A stretch of 50,768 bases of DNA, counting the filler, from Basidioascus undulatus (Eukaryota), in assembly GCA_000826855.1 (NCBI GenBank). It is 3 parts of 3 records of this genome, joined end to end, with 100 filler letters (N's around TTAATTAATTAA, not from the genome) between each part and the next. Parts side by side here need not be neighbours in the genome. Positions count along the whole stretch, not along the records: positions 1 to 16,882 come from JTLS01000559.1; positions 16,983 to 33,828 come from JTLS01000560.1; 1 more part is not named here. The stretch is one strand, 5' to 3'. The position numbers were made by a program, and so were the translations under genes. Position 1 is the first letter of the stretch, and every line of letters begins with the position of its first letter. Below the pieces are notes generated by a model that saw nothing but the letters and a program-made list of their open reading frames with translations, was not told the DNA's origin and did no database searches. This document shows, piece after piece, positions 13,493 through 26,624 of the stretch.

Positions 13493-15397
13493 ATGACCGC
13501 CGTCCAACCTCTGAAACGGTCACGCTTAGGCTGTGTGACTTGTCGTCGCCGTGAGCCGATCCCAGAGCGTTGACGTCTAACGCACCACGCTGACACGTAT
13601 ACGCTGCGACTAGGACACAAGAAATGCGATGAGGTGTTCGAGGATGGGAGCTGCCAGCGTTGGTAAGCCTCTTTAAAAATCTATCCCAAAGCCTCTGCGG
13701 CGCTGAAGACCCAATCTGAGCAGTCACCAATCCGGCTACGAATGCGTCTTCCCTCCGGCAGAGCTGCGGACGCGCTATAGCGGGAGGACGTACGCGCCCG
13801 CGAAGCGTGCGCGGAAGGACGCTGAGAGCGCTTCAAGTCCGCCAGAGACATCGTTGAGCGCTCGAAGAGCCTCCAGTCCGGCCGAAGTCCTGTTCCCACC
13901 GGGTTTCGCGATGGCCTGGCCGCTCGGTCCGGCCGGCTCGTTGGACGAAGCGATGAGGCTCGACGGAAGCCTCCAATTGATGCTGGGGAGCTTCGGGACG
14001 GGCCGAACTAATGTGAGTGGGCTGCGGGTGGAGCTCACCTGGGACTGGAACGACCCAAAAGCGGTCTGTGAGTCGGGTCTTCTCTCGTGCTCCAGTAACC
14101 CGTCGCATCGACTGACGATGATTCCTTGTAGACGACCGAATCCAAGGTGCATTGGCATTCACGGTTTATATGAACCTGTACTGACCATGGAGAATGTCCC
14201 GCAGATACTTGGCTCTCGGGCGGTTCCATTCAATACCGCGTCTCCATGGCGCCAGCACTTCGAGATCTTTCGTCCCGCAGCGTTCTGACGCTCGCCTCTC
14301 GGGATGCCGTCGTCCACGCATTCCGCTCTCGGATAATGGAGGACGGTGCGAAGGATTCGGAACTCGCTGCTGCTGCGGAGTACGACCTTGCCGTTTGCCT
14401 GCTCAACTCCGTTGCGTCTCAATGTACGCTCGAGGTACAGCTGCACACCATCTGCGACCTCCGTAAGCATGCAGTTCTCATCTCCTCGACATAGAGCTTA
14501 CGCACGCCGCAATTGACTCCCCCAGAACTATACAACTTCACCGTCTCTGGCGCGGCCCTCTGCTACGCTGCACTCGACCTCGGCGCAAGTCTTGTCCGGG
14601 CGGTGTACGGTGCCACGCCCACGCTCGACCTCGCTAGCCTGCGTGGGCCGGAGACCGCCAGTCTGAGGCTGTACGCGCTCGCCGATCTGTGCAGGTGCAT
14701 GTGCACGCGGGGGCGCCTTCCAGTGTAAGCGTTACACCTCATTGCCACACGTGTCCTCGCAACCGAAGTTGACGCCACTCCTGCGCTGAGATTCCATCTC
14801 ACCGCAATCGACCCTCCATCTCCCCGCTCTACATCGTCCCTATCCTCCCCCGAACCTCAACCTGCCGAATCCGATCTTTCCACCCTCCTGCTCGTTCCCG
14901 TCGAGCTCGGTGCCATCCTCTGCCAGATCTGCTTCCTCTCCTCCGCGTCGCCGGCCCTCCCACCGGACGACCTGCTCTCGCGGGCCGCGGCGCTCGAGCG
15001 CGCCACGACGGCCTTCACGCCGTCGATGCACAGCCCGACGGCGGACGAGCTCTGGCGACAAGCGACGCTCATTACGCTCTACCAGCGCCTGCACCGCGTC
15101 GGACCACTGCACCCGGCGCTCCGCGCTTCGCGTAAGATGATCCTCGGCCTGATGCAGGCGCACGTGGGCCCCGCGCCCAAGGGCTACGCCTTCCCGCTCT
15201 TCCTTGCCGGCACGCTATCGATCGAGGAGGACGACCGCGCGGCCATAAGGGCGCGGTGGGTCGCATCGGTCGAGAAGGGGTGGGATGAGGCGATGGAAAA
15301 TTTGGAGGGCATTTGGAGGGAGATGGATGAGGGCGGGCACACGCTCGACTGGTGCGAGGTCCTCGAGAGGCAAGGTCGAGCGGTGGCGTTTTTCTAG
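13493..15397 (+). CDS. Zn(II)2Cys6 transcription factor with fungal-specific C-terminal domain, multi-exon
   Basis: Three spliced exons rebuild KRSRLGCVTCRRRHKKCDEVFEDGSCQRCHQSGYEC (six Cys). The C-terminus FPLFLAG...LEGIWREMD...DWCEVL is typical of the Fungal_trans_2 type. Confidence 0.85.
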
Positions 15398-16882
15398 GTC
15401 TTTATGTATTGCATACTTGCATCTTGACTGCATTGTTGCCCGGAAAGGCCAGGTCGCTCGAATTCTGGAAGGGCGGACTGCTCACAGTCAAATATTGCCG
15501 TCCCATTAGGGGATATCATGCGAACAGGAGAGTCGTGCAAGTTGAAAGGGCAGTCGTCCAGCGCGGCTTGGCCGCCAGTGTCACTCTCTCGAATTGCCTT
15601 CATACAATGGGACTTAAACTGCACCAATACCGTGAAAAAGAATGCGAAGGAGCCCCAGTCCCAGTCTGGTCTCAGTCCGCGTTTGGCACATTCCAGTCCC
15701 ACCCGCGCCCGACCGTCTCGCTAGCTCGCTACTCTCTCTCTTCCCCCCTCCCCCAATTTCATCTCCTTACCAAATCGTAGCAGTCCACCTCCCACACAAA
15801 CAGGGACTTCAGCTCCATGGAGCTCCCACTAACACGTGCCACCGCGCACTACGCTCTACGGAGCGGACTGCCTCTGCAGATCGCCAGCCTCATGTCGACA
15901 GCTCGCTCAAAACGCTCAAGGACGTTCCAAAAATCTTCAGGCCTAGGTACTGCGTTTATTCGTTGTCCTCGCACGCGGCTGTGTTCTTGGGATCACACAC
16001 GCTCCAGTCCCAAAGCCTCTTCCAAACATCCTCCACCCGCCTCAGCACACGCTGCTCCTCAACCAATACGAAACCAATAATCATCCGATATGCGCTCTAC
16101 GACATACACGCCCCTCCGCAGGAGTTGTACCCTCAAGCCCGCACGGCGACCCGACGCGCTCAAGCCGCTCGTCCGAGCTTTCATTCGTCCCCAAGCTAAT
16201 AGCGCGAAGCTAATAGCGCGCCCGTGCGTCCTCAAGATCACACGGCCGCGCGATCGTGTGTGCGCTATGAACTTGTGTCGGCGTGTGTCCGTCGTTCTTT
16301 CCACTTGGAGAATGTGAGCGAGAGTGAGAGAGAAGTCAAGGAGCGACGTATGCACATGAATGCAGGACCGGGAGTGCGAGGCGGGGTGAGAGGACGGAGG
16401 GCGGACGTGCGATTCGAGTGGGCGTGGGGAGGTGACTGTCGAAAGGAAAAAGCGATTGAACAGTGCGACAGTGGGCAGAGCAAGATCCGGCGCGTTGCAT
16501 CCAGCCCCATAGTGTCCGTCCCGCAAGATATGCTCGGGGCGAAGAGCGAGGAAAGTGGACGGCTTGTTGGATGGTCGCAGGACAGGATGCGGGTACTGCG
16601 CGGAGAGTGGGAAGCGGGTGTCGTGCGTGAGGGAGATGTCGAGGATGTGCCGGAGGTCGGGCATGGGCGATCGAAGGAAGGGATGCAAATCAAGTGAGCC
16701 GGGAGAGCAGAAGCGAAGGCGCTTCGTGCCGAGATCACGGTTAGTGTGCGTAATGCCCACTCGAGCGTGAAGATCAGTGAGCGTGAGCTTCTCTCCTCAT
16801 CCCCGCAGCCCTCGCAGCCTCACCGTCCTCATCTTCAGGAACTATCTTTCTCACCGCCCTCTCCCTGTCCCTCCTCCCTCCC

Positions 16883-16982
16883 NNNNNNNNNNNNNNNNNN
16901 NNNNNNNNNNNNNNNNNNNNNNNNNNTTAATTAATTAANNNNNNNNNNNNNNNNNNNNNNNNNNNNNNNNNNNNNNNNNNNN
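16883..16982. other. Artificial contig linker (44 N + TTAATTAATTAA + 44 N)
   Basis: Six-frame stop spacer flanked by equal N runs, 100 bp in total. Confidence 0.97.
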
Positions 16983-19900
16983 CTCGAAGACGCTCTCGCG
17001 AAGGAGCAGGGGGCCGAAGACGTGATTCGCGATCTCCGCCAGCGCGTTACTGAGGCCGAAGCGGCGCTCGACGACGCGCGGAGAGCCGCGGAGAAGACCC
17101 AGTCGACCATGCTCGCGTCTCGGGCGGCTCACGAGTGCGACGTAGCGGCCTCACAGCGGTCGATCGCCGACTTGCGCGAACGCATCGCTGAGCTCGAGGG
17201 TAGCGCGCGCCACTCTGCCCAGGAGGCGATCGAGCTGCGCCGGGCGCTCGCCAGGTCGGAGGAGCTGCTCGTCGAGGAGCGCTCACAGGTCGCGGTGCTC
17301 CAGGCGCACATCGAGGTCAAGGACGCACAGCTTACCGCGCAGCAATCCACGATTGCGTCCCTCCAGCTGTCGAGGGAGCAGTCGCCTTCGCCCACGCCGC
17401 GCAAGACTACCAGAAACACCTCGCGGTCGTTCTCCACGCACGGCGCGAGCTTGGCGGAGCAAGAAGCCTTCATTCTCTCGCTCGAGAACAAGCTCGAGGA
17501 CGCGCACGCCGAGATCGCACGACTTCGGCACGACCTCGTCGACTCGCCCGCACGCAGATCCGTCATCGAGGCCAAGGACCGCAGGATCGAGCTCCTCGAG
17601 GGCCAGAAGGCGGAGCTCGAGAAGCGTGTCGCCAGCTTGCGCGACCAGAGCCGCAGTGCGATGTTCACGCCTATGCAAACGCCGGGCGGACGGGAGTCGA
17701 ACGCCTCGGTGCTCGTGCACAGGAGCGTGCTCGCGCTCAAGACACCGAAGACTCCGGGAACGATCGGCAACGTGAGTCCATTTCACCTCTAGATGCGCTT
17801 GAATCGTCGCACGACAAACAAGTACTCAACGTCTCGAGGGGGGTGGAACAGGACTCTTGGCTCAATCAGACGACGTTGGGACCTGAAGCGGGCCCGCTCC
17901 TTGCCCAGATCGACGCGCTGAGGGAGCAGCTCGAGGGCGCCAACGTAGAGATCGACGCCAAGCTCGAGCAACTGGACGCTGCGGGGCTCGACAGCGTGAC
18001 CCTCGCGACGCGCCTCGCCGAGGCACACGAGCGCATCGCGTTCCTCGAGGCGGAGCTCGAGCGCGTTCTCGGGGACGACGGACTCGTAGCTCGCGCAAGG
18101 TCGCGCCTGGCACGGATCAAGTGTCCCGACTGCCAGGTCCGGTTCGACGGTACTCGGATCATCAAGCTGGACGTTGCTGCCTCGACGAGCGCGGATCTTT
18201 CGTACATGTGCGTGGTAGTCTCCATTCCAGTTGTCACTGAAAGCTTATCTCAGACTTGACCCGTTCCCACCTGTAGTTCGACCTCTACCGTCGGCGACAC
18301 TCTCCGCGGCGCGAAGAAAATCGAAGCTCTCACCGTCGCGCTATCCACCGTCCGCGGACAGCTTTCGTCTTTGCAGACCAAGTGGACGCACGAGCGGGAC
18401 GCGCTTCAGCGCGAGAACGCTGTGCTCAAGGATACCGCTGCGCGGCAGACGAAGGAACGTACGACCAGCGTGCAGCGGGCGCAACAAGAGCTTGACATCG
18501 CGAGCAAGCAACACGCGCAATTGCGGTTGGTACGTTGTTCACGGCCTCGGATGGAATGTGGAATCGTATTGACAAGTTGTCTTCCGCTCGCAGGAGCTCA
18601 TTGCTGCGCGCTCAGTCGTCGCTGATCTGGAGGGCGAGCTCCGCGACGAGCGCACTCGTCTCCGCGAGCTCACGACCGAGCAATCGCGGCTCGCTGAAGA
18701 CAAAACGTCGCTTCGCTCGCGCCTTTCGGACTCGGAATCTGTGCGTCCGTTTCCTCTGTCGAAATGGCGTATTGCTGAAGTAGTATGAGCGCTGTAGGAG
18801 CTGAACGCAGTCCGCTCACGCCTTAAGCAAGCGACTCAGTTGCACGAGGACCTCGCTCGGCAGCTCAAGGGTATGGTCCCTTGTTCACGCGGATACACGC
18901 GATTGATGTTGACTCGCGAGAGGCTCAGCAGATACCACGTCTTCCAATCAAGCAACGACGCAGCTCACTCGGTCGCTGGAGCGCACAATCGCGTCTAACA
19001 AGCAGACGATCGATAGATTGCGCGAGGAGAAGACCACTCTGTTCGCGGAGCGCCAGAACATGCAGGCTCGCCTGACGGAACTTGCGCAGGTGCGTCTTGC
19101 TGATAACGGATCGCCAAGCCGCACACCAGGCTTACGACTGCGTATCCAGCATGCCGACGCCGTCCGCGACGAGCTGGCGACTTCCCAAGCCGCGCAAGCA
19201 GAAGCTCGCAAGCGGCTCGAGGATCAGATCGCCGAGGTCTCGCAGTTGCGAAGCTCGCTCGACAGCAAAAACTCCGAGCTTCGGCGCGTTCAAGGCCAGA
19301 AGGATCGCCTCGCCTCCGAGCGCGCCGAAATCCTCAAGAACGTCGCTAGTCTCGAGGACGACCTGCGTCGTGTCCGCCAGGACTCGGTTCAGTTCGGCTG
19401 CGACCTCGCAGTTCTCCGCCGCGAGCGGGACGACCTCGAGTCTCGCCGTGCCGCGGAGAAGGCTCAAGTCGAGAATGCGATGCAACGCTCTAAAGACCGC
19501 ATCGCCTCGCTTACACGCGAATTGGAAACGGTTCGGCTCCATCTACAGCGCGTGGAGGAATCTCAGGCGAACGGGTGAGCCCTCTTGCGGCTGTGTTGTG
19601 CGAAGTTTCACTCACCTGTGATGAGCGCAGCGACGCCGCCACATTGGCGGTCGAGCGTGCGCGGCACTCCAAGGAATGCAAGGGACTTTTGGTCGAGATC
19701 CGCTACCTTAAAGCGAAGTTCAGCCGCGAGTCGGCCTTGCGCTCAGACCTCACGCACCAGAAGGCGTATTTGCTGCTCCTCGTCGGAGGCCTTCGTCTCA
19801 CGTATGTCTTTCCGGCGTTCTCCATCGAACTCACAGCTTTTACAGCCCTTGTTCACTTCATTACCCTTGCACTTTATCAGGCAGAAAGCGACTATCGCAG

Positions 19901-20136
19901 CCATCGCGCGGACTGGCTTTTTGCAGGACGCACGACCTCGTCCACCAACCAACAAGCTCAAGAGTGCGGTGCTGGGCGTTATCGCAATCATTCGTATGCG
20001 GTGAATGATGCCCGTTTTCCATACTGATGCGATGTGACTTGCTTGCTAAAGCCGACTTCCCTGCAGCGCTCTGTCCCGGCGATGGCAGGAGCAGCGCGTG
20101 GACCACGACAGGCTCGCCGCTGCACGCCGTCGCTGA
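16983..20136 (+). CDS. Spindle-pole-body coiled-coil protein with C-terminal PACT domain (Pcp1/Spc110/pericentrin-like), 5'-truncated
   Basis: Long heptad-rich exons, then LKAKFSRESALRSDLTHQKAYLLLL and the calmodulin-binding-like KLKSAVLGVIAIIRMRALSRRW. Stop at 20134-20136. Confidence 0.8.
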
Positions 20137-20495
20137 ACAGTTTATCGCCGCAGTTTTGCTTCGTTACATCCTTTCTTTCTCGTTATGCTGTGTTGTTCTA
20201 CTTGTACTTCCCAATGCATCATCCCCTTCGACCGCCGCGACAGACACGATCAAAGCGGAAGAGAGCAGTGTCACGCATCCTTAACGATGCTGACCACTAT
20301 GCATAGACGCTGCGGGGTGGTTCAAAGAATGCGTGCATTGCTGAGTTATGGTAATTACATGCGTGCCAAGGAAAAGATACGATGCGCGAAGAATAGCCGT
20401 GCGCAACGCACGACCAAATAAATGCAAGAACGGAAGAAGGAACGTAATCAAATGGTAACGCGTTGCACCGGCAAGCGCCTCCGAATGCGACCAGC

Positions 20496-22947
20496 TCACC
20501 GCTTGAAAGGTTGTTGGACCTCTGTGAAGTCCGTCGGTCGCGCGCGTTTGACGCCGGCCATCGGTCGTCGTGCGCCGTTGACGGGGAGGCGGTCGTAGGG
20601 GGAGTCCTGCCCAGGCGGCTGTTGCATTGGGAAGGGGTTCTGTGAGGCGTTCTAAGTACAACGTTGCGGGTTGAACTGGAAGAATGGAAGTCAAGCGCAC
20701 GATGGCCGGAGGTCGGTAACCGGGCTGGAAGCCACCGCGGAAGCCTGCGACAACAGACGGCTCGGTGTTTAGAATAACAGAGTACTAACGGCTTGACAAC
20801 ATCAGAACGCACCGTTGGCCATCATCGGGTTCATATTACCCATACCCATACCGCCCATGCCCATGCCGTAGCCGCTCATGATCGGGTTCATCGCGCCGTA
20901 CTGCATCATCATCTGGTGCTGCTGTTGAGCTTGCTGCATTTGCTGTACGAAAGGCTACTGCATCAGTATCTACGAGCAATCAGTAAAGCACCCAGTCTCC
21001 GACACGCACGTTAAGCTGGAGAAGCTGCTGCTGAAGCATCATTCGTTGAGGCGGCGGGAGCTGCGAGGAACAACATGCGTGTTCAGCGACAATCAACTGA
21101 GCTCACACCGACTGAAAACCGTACGTTCGGGTTTTGCAGCATCTGCATGAGGCCGATGGCGGTAAGTTGGGCTTCGGAGACGGCTGGACCAGTCGGAGGT
21201 TGGGGACCGGAGAAGGTCTGCGGCTCGGGCGTGGCGTTCTTCGGACCGGTGGGTGGGGTGGCGGCGGACGGGCCAGTGGGCGGAGTGCCCTTCGCAGGCG
21301 GTGTCTGTTGCATCGTTAGCGACATGCGTAGCGGACATCGTCGAGAAACAATGAGAAACGAACCGGTTCCTGCGTGGCCTCCTTCCCCGAGCCATCATCC
21401 GCGCTCTCGGCAATCTTGGTCTCGATATAGTCCTTGACGCGCGTGTTCGCCTCGGTGTCGGGAAGGAGCTTGTCGAGCGAGCCGATCTTCTCAGCGCACT
21501 GCGGGCAAACGAAGTCGTTCTCGAGGAGATGGCTCTGGATGTGCTCCTCCGAGTAGCTCGTCCCGCAGCACGGCGTCTTGACGGGCTCGCGGAGAAGCTT
21601 GTTCGACAGCGGGTCGACGAGCGACGGATCGTCGGGAATCGTCTCTCGCACGTCTGCGGCGGTGAGCGCCTTCGGGCGAGTGCGATGGCGCTCCCAGGAA
21701 GCCCTAACAGAAAGAATGGCAGATCAGCGAATGGCAGCAGTGAGGGTGTAAACGAACACGAAGAAACGTACGAGTCGGGCTGCGCAATGACATGGCTACC
21801 GTCGGGCGTGATCATGACGCCTCGCCCGGCCGAGCCCGCGCTGTCCACCGTCTTCAGGAAGCTCTTGGGAATACCGGTCGTTCGCTTGAACCGCGGCTTG
21901 TTCTCGAAGTCGGGATTGCCGTTCGTGGGGCAGTCTTGGATCCAGTGGCCTATACGCCGAACGGCCGTGAGCACAGAAGTAAACATTGAACCAGAGCGAA
22001 ACCGACACACCCTTCTCTCCGCAACGGTAGCAAATGTAGCCCGGCGGCGTCGGCGTGACCTTCTCCGGCTCGCGCGGAGCGTACGGCTTCCGGGTCTGGG
22101 GGCGAGGATTGTTGTAGATGGGAGTGGCGCTGAAACGACAATCACGCCGTCGATCAGCATTAGGGACGGCACGACATTGCCTTGGAAAGTAACGCACTGA
22201 GACATGTGCTCTTGGGTCTCCTGCCATTGCTGCTCGGAAGCGGCGAACATGGCAGCAATCGCGTCTTGCTCGTTACCGGGGGACACAGAGGAAGGGGGGG
22301 CAGAGGAGCTCTGGAAGGGGGTCAGTACGGCCGCCTTGATTGGCGAGAAAAAGGCCGGCGAAACAGCACGGCTTAGAGAGACGAACGTAAGAAGGCTTCG
22401 CAGGAGGGGCAACATCGTCTTTTCCATCGAACCGACGCGACATCGAGGCCCGCCCAGAATGCGCGTTCCACCCACCACCACCGCCGCCGCCACCACCCCC
22501 CGCGCTCCCCGGTCCCCCTTCCCGTCCTCGAAAGCCCGGCTCGACGCGGCTGTCGGTGCCGCTGCCGGCGGCGTTGGTGTCGGCGACGTATCTGGCAGCG
22601 GTGCCTCTGCCGGGCTGGCGAGGCGGTGCGCGGCGTACGAGGACAGACGTCGAGCGGGGGATCATCTCCTTGTCGTCCTTGTACTCTGTTCAGCAAGAGA
22701 AATAAACGCAAGAGTCGGCCCACGTTGACGAGCAATCATGCGCAAGGGCACAGGACGGGGAAGGATGGGACTGACCTTCCTGGCCGGGTGAGTCGTGCTG
22801 GAGGACTAAATCGAAGTCGGTGCCCTTTCCCATCTTGTTCTGGATGATGATCTCGCGCTTGAGGTCAAAGACACTCATGGTCGTGCCGTCGAAGTTGACT
22901 CGCGCGGGGGTCTTTGAGCTTTTGAAGCGATAGTAAATCGAGCCCAT
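20496..22947 (-). CDS. MPE1: Cleavage/polyadenylation factor Mpe1/RBBP6 (DWNN + zinc knuckle + RING/U-box-like)
   Basis: IYYRFKSSK...FDLKREII (DWNN), PPPGYICYRCGEKGHWIQDCP, KRTTGIPKSFL, VKTPCC...FVCPQC. The 3' end is approximate. Confidence 0.9.
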
Positions 22948-23489
22948 CACGATACGACAGGGGAGAGTGGGCAAGAAAGCAAGAAACAGTGGATTGAGGG
23001 GAAGGATTAAGAGGAAAGGACAGGGCAAATAGGCCGAAGAGGGACGTCGCTGAACAGGTGCAAGGAGGAAACGCTTGCGCCAGGGTGGGCGCGTTCTCGG
23101 GGCGTGGCGGGTGGAGCGAGACAAAGAGGGGGCGGAAATGGAGGGAAAGACGGAGACGCGGTGGCTGCGCCAAAATCCTAGCTTTACGCTGTGAATGTGG
23201 TCGTCGGCGTGCTACGATGAGTAGAATAGCGAAATCAAAGGTGAGGGCGATGTTTTTGGTCGAGATCAGAGTGCAGACTCGAGCAGAACGGCCTTGAAGC
23301 GTGCGCCGTCGACCGACCGTAACCGCGACCCGCGTTGGCACGCTGCTTGCGCTCGCCCTCGTCCCATCGACCACCCGCCTTGCCTTGTCGGGCTCCTTCT
23401 CGCCTCATTCTTTCGCCTCCGTTACTGATCTTCGGCTGCACAATTTCGTTTGCTATTGCGGTTTCGCTGTCGTCCCCCTCTCGATCAAC

Positions 23490-24542
23490 ATGACCCGCTT
23501 GCTCTCGCTCTCGCTCCTCCTCGTCGCGGCGCACACCGCGTCCGCGCTGCACTTTTACATGCAAAGCGACGAGAGAAGGGTGCGTTTCACGCAGCGCATT
23601 CGTTGTCGTCGTCAGACTGCTCACAAGGTGTTGACCTCCCTGTCGCTCCTGCAGTGCTTTCTGGAAGAGCTCCCGAACCACACGATGGTCGTCGGTAGGT
23701 CGTGCACATCTTGTGCTGTTCCACGCTGCGCTGCTGTGTCTGTACAACGGAGGACTGTGATCGAAGATAGCGCTGGGTGGGAGGTGGGAGATGGGAGCAA
23801 GTGGACACATGCGCCGGGAGTCTCCGGGCGTCTTTGGGCACCACGGACGCTGAGGGGCGAAAGCTGACCCGAGAGGGCTCGCGCTGGCAGGACGCTACAA
23901 GGCGGAAGACTTCAACCGCGAGGAGCAGAAGTGGTACGTCAACCCAGAAATCGGCATCCAAGTACAAGTCGAGGTCTGTCCTTTTCTCTTTACGCTCCTC
24001 GACTTCCCGTCATCTTGGTGCTCACACCGATCCGGCTGCGCGCTGCAGGAAGTTGCCGATTCGCACGTCGTCGTCAACACGCGTGGGCCGGCCGAGGGCT
24101 CCTTCACCTTCACTTCGCACGAACCAGGCGACCACTCCATCTGCCTGTCGTCGAACGCGACTTCGGGCTGGTTCGAGGGCGCGCACGCTCTCCGCGTGCA
24201 CCTCGACATCGCCGTTGGCAATGTCAAGCGGGACGATTCCGTGGACAAGGACCACATCAACTCCTTGACAACTCGTGTAAGCAACTATTCTATCGGGTTA
24301 AGTGATTGTGCTTACCTTGTTTGTCATCGGCACAGATCCGCGACCTCAACCAGAAGCTGGACGATATCCGCAAGGAGCAACAATTCCAGCGCGAGCGCGA
24401 GGTCGAGTTCCGCAATCTCTCCGAGCAAACCAACAGCCGCGCCATATGGTGGTCGCTCATTCAAATGGCCGTCCTTGCCGCAACGTGCTACTGGCAGGCT
24501 ACCCACCTCCGCCGCTTCTTCAGCGCGAAGAAGCTCCGGTAA
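23490..24542 (+). CDS. p24/emp24/gp25L family cargo receptor (p24-alpha, Erp1-like)
   Basis: Signal peptide, LHFYM...CFLEELP, GSFTFTSHEPGDHSICL (GOLD domain), QREREVEFRNLSEQTNSR, TM, and C-terminal FFSAKKLR. Confidence 0.92.
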
Positions 24543-25032
24543 CGATCTCGGGGACTTTGTATTTCAACATCCGGGGGTTCATTTGCTTTCGATATCTAGC
24601 TGGCTGCATTTCGTCTCATCTGTTTCACGCACGCATCGCATACCCATTGCTTCTTGGTCGCCTGCAAGAGGAGGTCAGAGTACAAGTTCAACTGGGTTCA
24701 GCGCATCACACAATTGCAGGCTCCCACGTTAGTTTGCTAAGATTGCAACCATTGTGTTATTCGCTTGCTTCAGAATTGCATGTACCCTGCAATACTATGC
24801 TTCACGATTGCTTCGCGGTGTGGGTGATGGAACGAGGCAACGAGGGTTAACGTTCAGAAAGGCCAATCCACGGATGCGACGCGTCGCGCTCATTAAACGC
24901 GCTTCGACTGCCCAGGCTCGGAGTTCGCCCTCAAGTTCGTTCGTTCCACCTTCCCCCTGCTCTCCCTGCTCCTCCTACTCGTCCCAAAGCGACTACATCT
25001 TTCTCTATACAATCGCACGGTTTTCCGACAGA

Positions 25033-26624
25033 ATGGTGCTGGTCGACCTCGGTCGGCGCGTCGAAGCAGGCCTCCAACGCTTCTTCCAGCCGGGCTTCAT
25101 GGACGACGTTGAAAGGGTCCGTCCGTTACCGAATTGCCGTTCATGCGTTCTAATTTTCTTCCGCATTGCACAGGCTGTTGATGGGCTTCTGAAGGAGATA
25201 TATTCCGGTCTTCTCGAAGCTGGCCTGAATACGAAGCTCGCGGGCCAGCTCCGGACCAAGATCCGCGCGCAGGCGCTCGCTCGTCTGAACGACGTGGCCC
25301 CGGAACGATCACCGGTCGAGGCGGTGGAGATCGTGTACAAAGTACGTAAACTAATTCGGGGTTTCGACGCGGCCGGGGCTGAACACGGTCGAGCAGGTCG
25401 TGCTTGACGAGCTTGCCGCCGTGCTGGAGGGCGGGCGAGGGGCGTACAAGCCGAAGACGGGCGTCGTCACCGTCGTCCTGCTCACCGGCTTGCAAGGATC
25501 AGGCAAGACGGCTACGTCCCTCAAGGTAAGTTCTTCTCCGACTGGGATCCACGGCGCGAAGACGGGTTGACACTGTCATGCGCGGGCAGCTCGCTGCTTA
25601 TTACCAACAGCAAGGCTACAAGACAAGCTTGGTCTATGCGCATACTGCCCGCGCCGCCCGATCGGATAAGATAAAGCAGAACGCGGAGAAGGCCAATGTA
25701 CCGATTTATTTCGGGTAAGTTTGAGCACTCCATCAACCTCTCGTAAAGCTCAAGTCGAGCCCTCGTGTTCTCTCGCAGCGATGCGGAAGCGGACTCCGTG
25801 AAGATCGCGTCGGCGGGTGTGGCGCAGTTCCGAAAAGCTCGTTCTGAAGTGATCATCGTCGATGCCGTCGGGCGGAGCGCGCAGGAAACTGCCATGCTCG
25901 AGGAGGCGACCCGAGTCGGCAAGGCCGTTAAGTCAACGGCGACTATGCTGGTGGTAGACGGTACCTCCGGTGCGTTTAGCTTTATGCGCTGTTTGTCCCT
26001 TCAAGAGTGATGCCTGAACAAAGTGAGCAGGTTCACCGGTGAGGGGTCATGTCAAGACCTTCAAGAGAACCTGGGAGCACGGCGCGGTCATCGTCACCAA
26101 GCTTGACGCTCAGGCCAAAGGTGTCGGTACAGTCTTTGCGTAAGTTGTGTCGTTTGCGACCTTCTTTTTCGCCGGCTCACTTTTCTCCACATAGCGTCGC
26201 CGATTCTCGAACGCCGATACTCTTCACGGGAACGGGCGAGCAACTTGACGACCTCGACCTGTTCTCTCCGCGACCCTTCCTCGAGAGCGCGCTGGGCATG
26301 CGTGAGGTCTCCGGCGTCAACTTCGGCGTCACGGTCGGCAGCTCAAACCCGCGGAAGGTGTCATCCGAGGAGTCTCCGAGAGGGCCGCCCAGCGCTGGAG
26401 AGCAGATCGATGAGAACAGGAACACAATCAACACGTGCGTTGTTGTTGCCTGTTCTTTCTGCCTTGTGCGCTGGGCTCACGAAGGTTTTCTGTTCCCACA
26501 GGACCATCCTCGGTTCAGGTACAGATTCTCTCGGCCGCGCGTGCCGCACGTCGTTCTGACAGCCTATACTGACACAGCACTTTCTTCAGACGACGGCCAT
26601 GAAAAGGCATCTCGGCGATTCAAG
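25033..26624 (+). CDS. Divergent SRP54-like NG domain with no M domain; frame continues into RIF1
   Basis: Seven in-frame exons give MVLVDLGRR, LLKEIYSGLLEA, GLQGSGKT, LAAYYQQQG, KQNAEKANVP, IIVDAVGR, VIVTKLD and ILFTGTGE...PFLESALGM, colinear with the SRP54 N and G domains. Similarity stops at LGM (26298-26300). Confidence 0.85.

Noticed and set aside
15800..16882. Several 150-230 aa ORFs and a 14-bp tandem duplication (AAGCTAATAGCGCG x2 near 16193-16220) before the first linker
   Set aside because: No recognisable family or consistent splice model. It cannot be joined to the PACT gene across the artificial linker.
23695..23890. Long intron of the p24 gene as a snoRNA host
   Set aside because: No convincing RUGAUGA/CUGA pair or H/ACA layout.
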